In this document: piece after piece, positions 23,437 to 35,161 of the stretch
Layout: each line of letters opens with the position of its first letter
Numbering within the stretch: position 1 is the first letter of the stretch
Assembly (NCBI GenBank): GCA_026025795.1
Contig: JAPEUG010000092.1
Location: 1 to 50,518 of the forward strand
Source: Thelocarpon superellum
Taxonomy: Eukaryota
DNA: 50,518 nt
Direction of reading: 5' to 3'
Translations under genes and position numbers: made by a program
The notes under the pieces: model-generated
Told to the model about the DNA's origin: nothing
Database searches by the model: none
The model's input: only the letters and a program-made list of their open reading frames with translations

Positions 23437-26072
23437 CGACGGCGACGCTCTCGCGATGGAGAAAGGGAGATCAGGCGAGCGCAGACGGGTACAGCGTCGG
23501 GAGCACGCTCGTGCAGCCGGATTGACTGTCGCCACAGAGCGGATGCTGCACGACGAGGCGCATGCAAGGGTGAGGGAAGTGTGGCAGTCGATGGTGATGG
23601 GGGACCACAACGCGGGAAGAGGTGGAAGAAGAGGTGGTGGAAGAGGTCGAGATCGGGGCTCGATGAAGTTGAGCACCAGAAAGCGCCAAGTACGATTTTA
23701 CTTCGAACGTGCTTTGTTACTCGTTACCAGATGCGTCCCTGGGCCAGTGAGTGCCAGAAGCGATGGGAGCAGTCCGCCCGCCGTCCACCGTACCATGCAA
23801 CCTCCGACCAACGAGGGAGTTCCGACCGACGAAAACACCACAAATATCACACCTACCAGTGCACGCCTGCCAGAGAAGTATGGTGGATACTCGTCCATGC
23901 TGCAGCGGAGACGAACGCGGTAGGGTAGCAACTCGCCCTGGCACTTTCTTCATTTGCCTTGTCCATGGCGACCACCACAAGGCCTAGTCGCCGCCTCTGG
24001 AACCACTGTATCACGACAAATACTCGCACCAGAACCATCACCGCAACATGACTGCAACTGTCAGTGCACACTATGGTTCTGGTACTACCGTGGCAAATCA
24101 TGCCCGCCCCTCCCACAGTAGCCCCAGCGTCAGCCCCAGCGCACGCCCTTCACCACGCCCTTCACCACGCCCTTCACCACGCCATGCGCCGGTGACGGTG
24201 CCAGTGAGGTGGGAGCAGCCGAACGGTAGCGAGCCTGACAATGCTTCACCTGACAGCTCTCGTGAATTCACGAAATGCCTCCTCGCGCGGCGCCGGGTGC
24301 GACATGCATGACTGCGGCGAACCAGGCTACTCGTGGAACACCATTTCGATGCGAAGTACTCGTACTCGTACAGACGGTCACTCGAGCCCTCCATCCGAGT
24401 AAACTCCAGCGCCGGACTCATCCCCGTCTTGGTGCTGGTTAACACGGTACTCGTTCAACACAACAGGCGAGGTCGCCTGGGCCTGAGCCCCCCCTAATAG
24501 GCCCAGAACGGCGCCTCGGAGCGGTCGCGCGGCGGTAGCTTCCGCGGATTGGGGAAGTTGGACGTCGACCGCCCTGGCTCGTTACAGCCCTCGAACCATA
24601 CTCGTCGTGGTAGCGACGACGGAAGCGCTACGGTATCATCTCAATGGATTATTGAAGACGTAGTACTACCAGTATTTACCACTTGGTACTTCGTACGACC
24701 AGCGGACCATGCCTCCTGCAGCTGCTCGACCTCGAGGTCCAGGCCCGGAGGGTCGCAACCGGGGCGGTCCATGGCCATTGCGTCGCCCGATGCATTTGCT
24801 CGATACGCACGCACGGCCGACGTTCTTTACCTAGATCCAACAGGAGCTAGGCAGATCTGGATGACGGCGGTGTGGGTGACCATCCAGCCGTGCAAGTAGC
24901 TCCGTAAGTGTGGACGTGCCAAAAGATCGATCCTGGTGATCTCCAAGCTCCCGATATACGAGGCTTCGGACCACCAGTAATAGTCTATGTACATACCGCA
25001 TATACAGCATTCTTGGAAGTTATGCTAGCATCCTCGGCCGACGAAAGGCACCGAGAATCCAGCGAGATGGCTAACGGCCAGGCGTGGTGACGACCATTGA
25101 TTACTGATCCAACAGGAGCACGCGGCTCAGATTCGCCGACATCACTTCCCTAATGATGGGGATATATGTCACTGTCATAATTTTCAACGTGCCATTTGTC
25201 GCCTCACCACTTGGCAGGATCCTTTCTATTGTCCGCACGGACTGTCAAGGCCTCCCCACAGTCCTTGTATCATGAAGAGGGCCGGTTCTGATAGATCTGT
25301 GACAGGCGAGTATTTCGTTGCCTATCAGCGTCGCGGCGTACCTCGATGCACCGACGTCTCGACGGCATTCGGCTCTGTTCAGTCAGCCCCCTCCAAACCT
25401 TAATGTTGTCGGCAGCCAGTCCAGCTTGAAATGGCGGGCTGGCTGGAGCTTCTGGTGACCGGAGTACGTGTACTTACAACGCTTGGCGGACACCGTACCA
25501 GATGGTGGTCCGTTCGAGTATTCATACTCGTAGTAAAGCATAATCAACCCTGCGCAAACAAAACGTGCTGGGGCATAGCGCGAGGGTGTCCTGATTCCCA
25601 AGTAGTCTCCATTACCATGTCCTCACGACCAGCCTCAAGGCATGGGCTGTGATTCGCCTCAGTTACTCAGTTGTCTCCGTAGCGACTGCGTGAATACGAC
25701 AGTAACGGATTGATTTGCACTTGGCACTACTTGTACGCACTGCCTCGTACTCGTCCGGGTACGTGCTGCGAGGACGCCAACGCTGCGGTCGTGCTGGGTG
25801 AGCCGCTTCACCAGCCAACGATCGTCCAGTCCCAGATTAGGCGAGAGTCGTCGACGCCGTCGGCCATCTGCCCTCCGCCATCCCGTCTGAACCAAAGTCG
25901 GTCCGCTGTTAGGCTCTGCAGCACGATCGACCTCCTGTCCGGGTCACAGCCATCAGAGCACCGTGGGCGACGTTGTGACCGTACAAGACCTGCACATCGC
26001 TGGAATCATACCGGCTCACCGACTGCGACTCTTCCATCGCAACGGCTCGTCGGGGCTCCGGCGCCCGCGCCG

Positions 26073-29000
26073 ATGATGCAGACCCCCCCGGGTTCCCAGC
26101 GATCGATGCAGCGGAGGGTTGGCAATGACCCCAGCTCGAGCTCATCATCAAACCCAGCTCAAGCTCCCACCGCGGCCGCGACTTCATCTACTGCGGCCTC
26201 CGCCGGCCCAGCCACCCGGACGTCGTCCGCGGCTTCATCCAAATCGCAGTCTTATCGGCGAGCCAATGTGAGTCGCTGCAGGACCAGCCCCTGTGCCAGT
26301 GCTGACGCAATGGGCCAAAGCCCTCACAGCAGCTCTCGCAGATTGAGAAGAGCGTCACGCATCTCCTGGTGGCCACCAAGCAGCTGCTGGAGACCCTGAC
26401 CCAATGGTCGCGCCACAACGCCACCGAGGCCGAGGTGTCCGACGTCTACGTCCGACTGGGCTACGAGTTCAACATCGCCAGCCGGGCCTTCAACGCCATC
26501 GGCGTCGATACTGCCGATCTCGGCAATGTGCCCGATCTGCTGCGGAGCATCCTCGAAGACACGCTGAGTCAAGATGCCAGCCCGGCGAGCTTGGATCGTT
26601 ACCTCCCGCGGATCCGCGACATCATCATCAACCTGCTGCATGGACTCAAGCGAAAGCAACAGAAGCTCCGGCAGCGACAGGCCAAGGACGATGCCCCCCC
26701 GGCCCCTGGGCCCGTCGGCCGACAGGACAGCGTGAGCAGCACGACTAGCGGCGAGACGGGCTTGAATCAGATGCTGGACGATCCATCCATGCGCTTCGCC
26801 GGCAACGGCAACGGCAACGGCAATTCCTCTACTCAACCCATGGGCCGCAGCGCCAGCCGTGAGCATACGGGGCTGGACGATTCCGCCGTCCCTCCACGCA
26901 TCTCTTCCGTCCATGGCGGGCGAGCGTCTCCGCGTCAAGACGGCGCGCTACCGGCCCACCGTTCCCGATCCACCCACACGAGTCGCGCGGCGCAACAAGC
27001 CACTGCGACGCTCTCCAGCGCCGTGGCAAACCTCCCATCCTCCTCGGCCCCTCCGGCCGTACCCGCCCTTCCCGCCGATCCCCCGTCAATCCATGTTGAG
27101 CAGTCGGCCCCCCCCGCCACCTCGACCACCAACAACAACAACGCCTTGCCGGCTCCGCCGCCACCCACCCCGCCCAAGCAACAAGAGGCTCTGGCTGCGC
27201 TGCAACGGGGTGGAGACCTGGAGCGCCGTGCGTCCCGACGATACTCGGCCTATCAAATCTCGAAGCACTTGGGTGCCTCGGCCAATGGCGTGCCTATGCT
27301 GCCTCCGGCGCAGTATTCGCCCATCCCCAATCGTGGCCGAGACGTGCGCGAGTCCATGAATGCCGTCCGCACGCGTGGCTCTCTCTTACAAGGACAATCG
27401 ACGGCCTCGCTCCGGTCCGGCGCGGAGACGTCGCCCAATCGATCCCAGGATGCGACACGGCCGCCGTCGGAGCATGACGGCTTGGGCGGCTCCCTCTCCT
27501 CTTATCGGCCGGCGGAGGCATCTCGGGTCGAGAACGGCATCGCGCGGCCGCAAGAGGAGAAGGCGGGCAGTGTCGCGGGAGAGGCTGAGGCGGGCGGCGT
27601 GCCCACCAGCAGCACCGGCGTGGCCCGTCTCGTCAATCCTGACATTGTCGTCCGGACGACCGGCGCCGACGGCGACCGGGACGCAATTTCCACCGATGTG
27701 GCGGCACCGGCTGTAGCCAGGAGATCGGTTGGGCTGACGGAGAAATATCTCACCTCCTCGACGTCGACGCCAGACGTGCGCCAGTTCATCCCGGAACAGT
27801 CGCCTCAGCCGGGCAAGGAGCTCACTCTCTTCCTGCAATACAAGAGCAAGATCAAGAAGGTTGTGTTGCCCGACGGTTACAACGACCTCTCCGTCGCCCG
27901 GCTGCAGCTCGCGTTCATCGAGAAGTTCGCCTGGAATACGCACAGCAACGGCATTGATCTCCCAGAGATCTACATTCAAGACCCCGTCTCTGGCGTGCGG
28001 CATGAACTCGAAGATTTGAGCGACGTCAAGGACCGATCCGTCTTGGTCCTGAACGTCGAGGCGCTGGACGAGGTGAAGAAGCATATCGACGAGGGTCTCG
28101 GCGGGCTGAAGCGCATGGTGGAGGGCGTGCGCGGCGCCGTCGATGGACAGCACACCCATCTGCAGCGCGTGGCCGAGCGCCAGCAGGACACCGCCAAGGA
28201 GATGGCGCGATTGGCGGCCGCACCAGCGCCGGCACCCAGCTCCAGCCGCACCAGCCGGATCGATGGCGCCATGGCCAACGGCCCGCGTGGCCCGGCATCC
28301 GTGATGGACCACGCCGGTCGCGTGAGCGAGGTGCAGAGCCTGCGCCGCGATCTGGCGGTAATGCGACAGACCTATTCGAACTTCGTGTCGGACATGGAGA
28401 CTTCCATGACGGAGATCCGCGCCAAAGCGAGCTCGGTCAAGACCGTCGCCATCAAGGCCGCCATTCCCACCCTTGACGGCGAGAGCGGGCGTGCGTATGT
28501 GAACAAGGGCAAGAAGGATGTGGGCGAGGTGTCGGACGGGTTGGTCAACAAAGTGGATGATCTGCAGGACATCGTCGAGGATCTTCGCAAGGACGTGGTC
28601 TTGCGCGGGGTCCGGCCTCTGCCGCGCCAGCTCGAGGACGTCAGCAAGGACATCTCGGCTGCGACGACGGAGCTCAAGAAGATGCAGGAATTCCTACGAC
28701 GCGAGAAGCCCAAGTGGAGCAAGATCTGGGAGAACGAGCTGCAGGTGGTATGCGACGACCGCGATCTCCTGACGATGCAGGAGGCGCTCGCGGCAGACCT
28801 GCAGGACGACCTCGACAACGCGGCGCAGACCTTCGCCCTGGTGGAGGAGGCCACCAAAGAGCAGATGAAAGACGGGCAGCTCACGACGAGCCGGTCCACG
28901 TCACGTGGGCTTACGGCGCTCGTCGTCAATGCCGCTGGCGACCCGCACATGGCCAAGGAGGGGGTGCTGGGCGAGGTGCGTGCGCTGCAACCCAATCACG

Positions 29001-29437
29001 AGAATCGACTCGAGGCCATCGAACGCGCAGAGCGAGCACGTCTCAAGGAGCTCGAGTCACGGCGCGGGGGCGAGTTCCAGAAGGAGCTTGGGTCCTTTGT
29101 GGAGGAGGGCCGGCTGAAGAAGAGTGGCGGCGTCGAGGAGGCAGAGCGGGTGCGGAAGGCCAAAGACGAGCGGGTTCGCCGCGAGGTGTGGGAGCGGCAG
29201 CAAGCCCGGGCCAAGGCCAAGGAAGCCAAGGAGGCCGAGAAGGCAGCGATCCCTCCGTCCGCCTCCGACAGCGGCGCGATCCCATCGGGCGCGGGCACAG
29301 GCGATGGCGCGACGACGCCGGCCGCTGCTACGACTCCTCCGCGCGACCTGGCTCCCCCAGGCGGCGGGCCAGGGGAGGGGGCAGATGCCGGGGAGGCACC
29401 GCCGCCAGCGCCGGTGTCGCCTGCGGTGCCAAGTTAA
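26073..29437 (+). CDS. BUD6: Actin-interacting polarisome protein Bud6/Aip3
   Basis: Exon 1 26073-26267; intron from 26268 (GTGAGT) to about 26320-26332; long exon to 29437. Motifs IEKSVTHLLVATKQLLETLTQWS, ERRASRRYSAYQISK, LTLFLQYKSKIKK, PEIYIQDPVSGVRHELEDLSDVKDRSVLVLN, VDDLQDIVEDLRKDVVLRGVRP and LKKSGGVEEAER (AIP3 domain). Confidence 0.95.
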
Positions 29438-30272
29438 GCCAAGGCGGGGGCGCTCACCGTCCTGCTCCTGCGGAATCTTGGCTACCGGTGATCTTTGGTA
29501 GAAATGTTCGCAGTGGTACGACCTACGATGCATGACCGGCCTGTCTGTCCTGGCCTGATTCTTAGTTCAATAACTCGTCTCTGTGTCGTGGTGCCTCCAC
29601 CCCTCAAGGCCCCAGTGCTTTATGTATTGGGGGCATCGTTTAGGTCGAGCAGGGAGTCACAGCGTAGGTCTATTGCGCGGGGTTCACCCCCAACAATTCT
29701 TGGCGAGGAATCCTGCTCCTCAAAAGTCACGATGCGGATACTCATGCCAGTATGACTACTTCGAAACTAGCTTTGTCGTCGAACGTCGCGGCTCCCTGCC
29801 TCTCTGAAATCTTAAAGAACGATCGCAACGATAGATAACCAAGTTGACCATGTTAGATGGGGGCCAGGAGCCGCGACATCCGACGATAGACTTAGCGTTC
29901 GTATTCGTATTCGTACTCGTATCTAGGAAGGGAAGCTAAGAATATCGTCGGACGTCGCGGCTCCTGGCTCCCGCAGTTCCTTCTCGGAGGAGTGGTCGTA
30001 TGCGCAGCTATCAACAATACTTAACCGGGGGGCTTCCCCAGTAACTGGAGCCTCGCGCGCGCTTGAGCACAGAGGCGACGGTTCATAGTCACCAGCACGT
30101 GACGGCGTGACATCAATGCTGAAGCTTCCTACGAGGTCCTGGAGTTGAGTGTTCAAGCCCGTATCAGTCGACCGTCTTGCGATCCTTTGAGAATGTTGGC
30201 ATCGCTCTCGAAGCATGCACATCGGACCGGGCGTACTCCAACACGGCGGACCAGGAGATCGAGCTGCGGTCG

Positions 30273-32062
30273 ATGGACGATGCCGTGGACGCACCACTGA
30301 TCCCGCCAACAGCCGACGCGGGGGTCGCAGATCATGACGCGCGCCATGGGGTCACCGAAAGTGGCTTCGAGCGTCCCAGCCTCTTCGTCTGGACCCTGAC
30401 GGTGGCGGCAGGGATCAGCGGTCTACTCTTTGGCTATGAGTACGATCGCTCCCCCAAATCATCTGGCCAGGTTGAATCCCGCTGATGCCCGCCATAGCAC
30501 CGGCGTTATCTCGGCCACGCTCATCAGCATCGGGCCCGACCTCTCGCAGCGGGAGCTGACGACATGGGATAAAAGTCTGATCACCTCATGTACCAGCTTC
30601 GCGGCGCTGGTGGCCAGCCCTCTCACGGGTCTGCTGGCCGACCGGCTTGGGCGGAAGCGGGTCATCTTACTGGCTGACGTGCTGTTCCTGCTTGGGGCTA
30701 TCTGGCAGGCAAGCAGCGCCCACGTCTGGGGTATGGTCGGCGGGCGGAGCGTCGTGGGTCTGGCCATCGGTGGCGCCAGTTTGATCGTACCCTTGTAAGA
30801 TGACCACGATCCTCCTGGTGCGGCGGGGGGCGGAATCTGATGGCGCAGATACATCGCCGAGCTCTCGCCCTCGCCCTTTCGAGGCCGCCTGGTCACGCTG
30901 TCCATTCTCTTTGTGACCATGGGTCAGATGGTCTCCTACGTCATCGGCTACGCCTTCTCGTCACATCCCCACGGATGGCGATGGATGGTGGGACTGGGAG
31001 CGGTGCCGGCTGCCCTGCAATTCGTCATCTTGATCTTCTTGCCTGAAAGCCCTCGATGGCTGGTATCCGTTGGACATCTCGATGAGGCACGGGCGGTGCT
31101 TGACCGGGTGTATGGGACACATGAAGGAAGCGGCCAGATGGTCGATGCGGTCATGAGCGACATTGCGCGCGAGACGAGGGAAGAGCAAGAGGCGACGAAG
31201 CAGCGCAGCAGCCGTCGAGGATTCCATACTGGCCGGTCCCGTGTCTTGGACTGGGTGCCGGAGGGCTGGTACGAGCTCGTGATGGTGGGCGGCAACCGGC
31301 GCGCGCTGACGATCGCCTGCTTGCTCCAAGGGCTCCAGCAGCTCTGTGGCTTCGTATGCAACGCCCCAGTGCCCGCGCATGTCCCGGCTCAGGCTAACGA
31401 CAAGAGTACAGAACTCTCTCATGTATTTCTCGGCCACGATCTTTGCGCTGGTGGGATTTCCCTCGCCTACGCTGACGTCGCTGACGGTCGCCTTCACGAA
31501 CTTTGTCTTCACGCTGGCAGCTCTGTTGGTCATCGATGGCATCGGACGCCGCCGCATCTTACTCAGCTCCATTCCGGTCATGGTCCTGGGACTGGCGCTC
31601 TGCTCGTTTGCCTTTGATTTTCTCGACCTCTCGGGACGGGCGCTCCGGAAGGCCGGCAATGCCAGCCATGGCCGTTCGTCCGAGCTGTGGCCGTCGCTCA
31701 TCCTGGTGGCCACGATGGTGTACGTGAGCGGCTACGCGCTGGGGATCGGGAACGTGGCGTGGCAGCAGTCAGAGCTCTTCCCGCTCTCGGTGCGGTCCAA
31801 AGGATGCGGGATCGCGACCGGGACGAACTGGGCCAGCAACTTCCTGGTAGGGCTCACGTTCTTGCCCATGATGGAAGGGCTGACGCCTACCTGGACCTTT
31901 GCCTCGTATGCTGTGGTGTGCCTGCTGGGCTGGCTGGCCGTCTGGTTGATCTACCCCGAGACCAAGGGACTACGACTGGAGGAGGTGGGCGGACTCCTGG
32001 CGGAGGGCTTTGGCGTGCGGGAAAGTCTGGTCCGGGTGAGGTCGGAACGGCCGGGTGCATGA
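30273..32062 (+). CDS. MFS sugar porter, probable myo-inositol transporter (Itr-like)
   Basis: Exons 30273-30439, 30498-30794, 30849-31353 and 31412-32062. Motifs GISGLLFGYDTGVIS, LADRLGRKR, PLYIAELSPSPFRGRLV, PESPRWL, QQLCGFNSLMYFS, IDGIGRRR, WQQSELFPLSVR and PETKGLRLEEV. The start codon is uncertain. Confidence 0.9.
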
Positions 32063-32371
32063 GCCCCGGCTCGCTCCTCCCTGAGTCCTGTGCTCTTCAA
32101 CTTCGCTATGGCAGCCTCACGTGCGGTGAGGGCATGGAGAGGCCTGGTTCGCCGAACAGAGAAGCGCTCAGACACTCGATACTCTGATATCTTAATGCCG
32201 AGGAGTCTTGGCACTCCGGGGAAACAGTATTTGGCCAAGTATATCAAGCGCTTCGGTAGCTAGGTGAAACGAAATAACCTTCCACCCTACGACAGTACGA
32301 GAGAAAGGAGAGAACGCACTGTCTCCTCTGTCTCTCCTACCGTGTCGAAACCACTCTTCTTCCCACCAGCG

Positions 32372-32654
32372 ATGCCCTAACCATCAGTATTTGATGTCCC
32401 AAAGAGGACAGAAACACTGCGACGGTGCATGGACCCAGCCGATGCTGAGTTCCAAGGCCCAAGGACGGATGGCAAAACTCGCCGCCGCCATCAAGCTCTG
32501 CGAGGAGGGCAAGATAGACCCCACCAAGGGCCGGACGTCCTTTGTGGATGGCAAGGTTGTGACTCTGGATAACCTTCCACCTCGCCCGTCACCGGTCTGG
32601 GGAGAGGCAGGTGGAAAAGCTTCTGGTACGGAATGTTGGTGTTTGCTGACTTGA
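32372..32654 (+). pseudogene. Possible disrupted small hypothetical gene
   Basis: ATG-CCC-TAA is followed by DVPKRTETLRRCMDPADAEFQGP in one frame and AAAIKLCEEGKIDPTKGRTSFVDGKVVTL in another. Joined, these resemble a small uncharacterised fungal protein family recalled from memory only. Confidence 0.3.
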
Positions 32655-32699
32655 GAAGTATCTGTAGGGCGAAGGACACCAACGCTGACATACGGGGAG

Positions 32700-32801
32700 C
32701 CCCGTTAGCTGAGCTCGGCAAACGGAGAGCCCCCATTGACCAGGCCCAGTGAACGGGGGAGGCCCCATTGACCAGGCCCAGTGAACAGGGGAGGCCCCAT
32801 T
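32700..32801. repeat. 32-bp tandem repeat
   Basis: ccccattgaccaggcccagtgaac(g/a)ggggagg at 32731-32762 and 32763-32794, a partial third copy, and a degenerate upstream copy at 32700-32730. Confidence 0.85.
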
Positions 32802-33289
32802 AGCTATGCTCATATGCTGATAAGGAGGGTGCTTAGTTCAGGTCTTGCAGGGTGCGCAGATTAATGTCCGCCAGTTGCGAGGCACATCGGGGTCTGTCTC
32901 TGTGTCTGTACGCCACCGTGGATGAGCCATGAGACGAAATATAGGTAAATAGAAATGTACAGTGTGGTCTCCGATCCGACTGCACCCGCCGTGACACGCG
33001 CCCCACCGTCCAATCTTCCAATCGCCCACCAAGCGCCACAAAGTAGGAATATGCACCCATCCTAATTCCCAACTGGCCAGCTTCACATAAAACGCTTATC
33101 ATCCGTGAAGTCACGGCGCAGATTCAGCATGGACCTGACGCTGGACAGTCAGGAGGGCTGGAGAAGCCGCATGACTTCGCGATAGTCCTCTTCCGGACGA
33201 TAGACGGCTCTTGCGATCGTTCGCGGATCTGCCGTCGGATTGGCCCCCGCTCGCTTCTGGCGCCGAATCCCGAGAATGAAGTTTTCCGC

Positions 33290-34110
33290 CCAATCCTTGG
33301 CCAGGTGTCCTGGCGCCCTGGAGTCTGAAAACAGGCGATCGCGCCCCGACTCAGCAGATATTGAACGAGGACGATGTCGGCACGATCAGCCGCGCGATGC
33401 AAGTCGGTGCCAAAGCCCAGGATACATCGCTGGTTGTAGTTCGACGGGCGGTTCTGATACTTGCCGTCAGATGGCGTTGATAGGGGCACATTGGTGGAGG
33501 AGAAATGCAACGACGTCACACCGGTCGGGGATCTTGCGCATGGCCGCGTGGTGAAGAAGTTGACCGTGCTCGACGCTTCCTCCGCGCTGGAAGAGTAGGT
33601 GGACCACGGCAGAGGGCGCAGAGACGCATGCGTAAGAGAGGCGTCAGGTCCCAGTGACAGCCGGCGTTGGGCGAGGCTCCGTGCGTCAGGAACCAACCCG
33701 TCATGGCGTTGTCGTGGATTGCATACCTACCATACGTAGGGCCCAGTCAGCGCGCCGGGCGTCTAGCTGGAGGTGGAGGAAATGGTTGGATCAACGTACA
33801 TGAGCGCAGGAGGTTCCTGCTCGGCTGTCGGCTCGTTGATCTTCCACCCTTGAGCAACGCGGTAGATTGGGCGTGGACCGCTTGTTTGACATGGCCCGGC
33901 TTCACCTATAGGCTGCGTGCTAGAAGTTATAACACGAGGGCAACATGTCCCTTCTCCGCCGCTGGGCCCACGGCAGCGTTGAGCCAGCTCGTCCTGATGT
34001 GACCTGTGGCTGGATCGGGTCTTCGAGCGAGCATATAGTGGCAGAAGAGTCCATGTACCTCATCCAGCTGACCCTGGGCACTGGCCGTCACCAGGGCTAT
34101 GATCTCAGCG
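33290..34110 (-). pseudogene. Ankyrin-repeat protein pseudogene
   Basis: Stitched translation: ..LVTASAQGQLDEV..AAEKGHVALVL*LLARSL*VKP..[fs]GWKINEPTAEQEPPAL|intron 33799-33727|YAIHDNAMTGWFLTHGASPNAGCHWDLTPL[fs]YACVSAP..VVHLLFQRGGSVEHGQLLHHAA..DVVAFLLHQCAPINAI*[fs]KYQN..GTDLHRAADRADIVLVQYLLSRGA. Stops at 33929-33927, 33908-33906 and 33469-33467, plus three frameshifts. Confidence 0.85.
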
Positions 34111-35161
34111 GACGGATAAGGTTCTGTGGGGAGGGGGATTCAGTCACTCTTTGAGCGGCAGGCTGAGCGGCCAATGCTGCTTCCTTGGCCTGGTCATCGC
34201 TCATCGCTCATCGCGTGTGGCTGTGTGAAACGTCGCATTGAAACGACGGTGTCACTTCCAGGCGTTGGCCACCAGTTGACGACCAACGACAGGAGAGTAA
34301 GAATGGCAGAGTGGCTGCGTTTTCGGCAATGAAGACAGCTATCGAGATGAGCGCGGCAACCGCCGCAATGGCGATGTCACTGGACTGGAACTGGACATCC
34401 CAACGCTCAATGGGAATTCAGCGGCTCTACTGGAATCAACGCGTTCTGGACCATATCGACTACGGGAGGTATTCCCCTTGCCAGACCACAGAGACCCGCT
34501 CAGATACGCCTACCGCCATGGATCACAAGAGTCAGACTTTCTGGTCGGGGTATATCTTTGGCGGCGGTCGGGGACGTTGGCGTGTCGAGGGTGAAGCGTG
34601 TGAACTCGCGAACGAAGTGACTCGGAAGCTTACGAGGAAGTGGGGCTACTTGCACCAGCGGGTCCACCGACTCGCGCCTTACGCGAGGACATTGTGCAGA
34701 GCCCCAGTAGTTAACCCAAATTTAGCGAGCGTGGTTGTAGCGGCAGTGGATGCCGCAGCCAATAGGTAGCTCCATGTCTTCGCTTCTTCACTCGTCAGCC
34801 ACACTTACTAGCGGCACGACGACTAGAGCTCCAGCCTCGTCCTTTGTGCTGTCGCGATTACGAACATTAGCACCGGTACCCCCATCGAGCTCTCACCAGC
34901 CACCAGCCACCCGCCACGAGACGGCGACGAGGACGAAGAAGAATGTCCGGCGCTATATCAAGCCTCCTCCTCCTGCAGCCTTATGCGTCTGTCGTCATCG
35001 ACGCTTCCTTCTTCCTCTCTCAGTCTCCCTTACCTTCCAGCGTTGAGGTCCATTCCTCACGCCTCGCGCCCGGTCGATAGTGAGAGCGTTGCAATCAGGA
35101 TCACGATTGCGACAGCTTCAGCCACACCGCAGCGGCAGTAACATTCCGCACCGGCGACATC

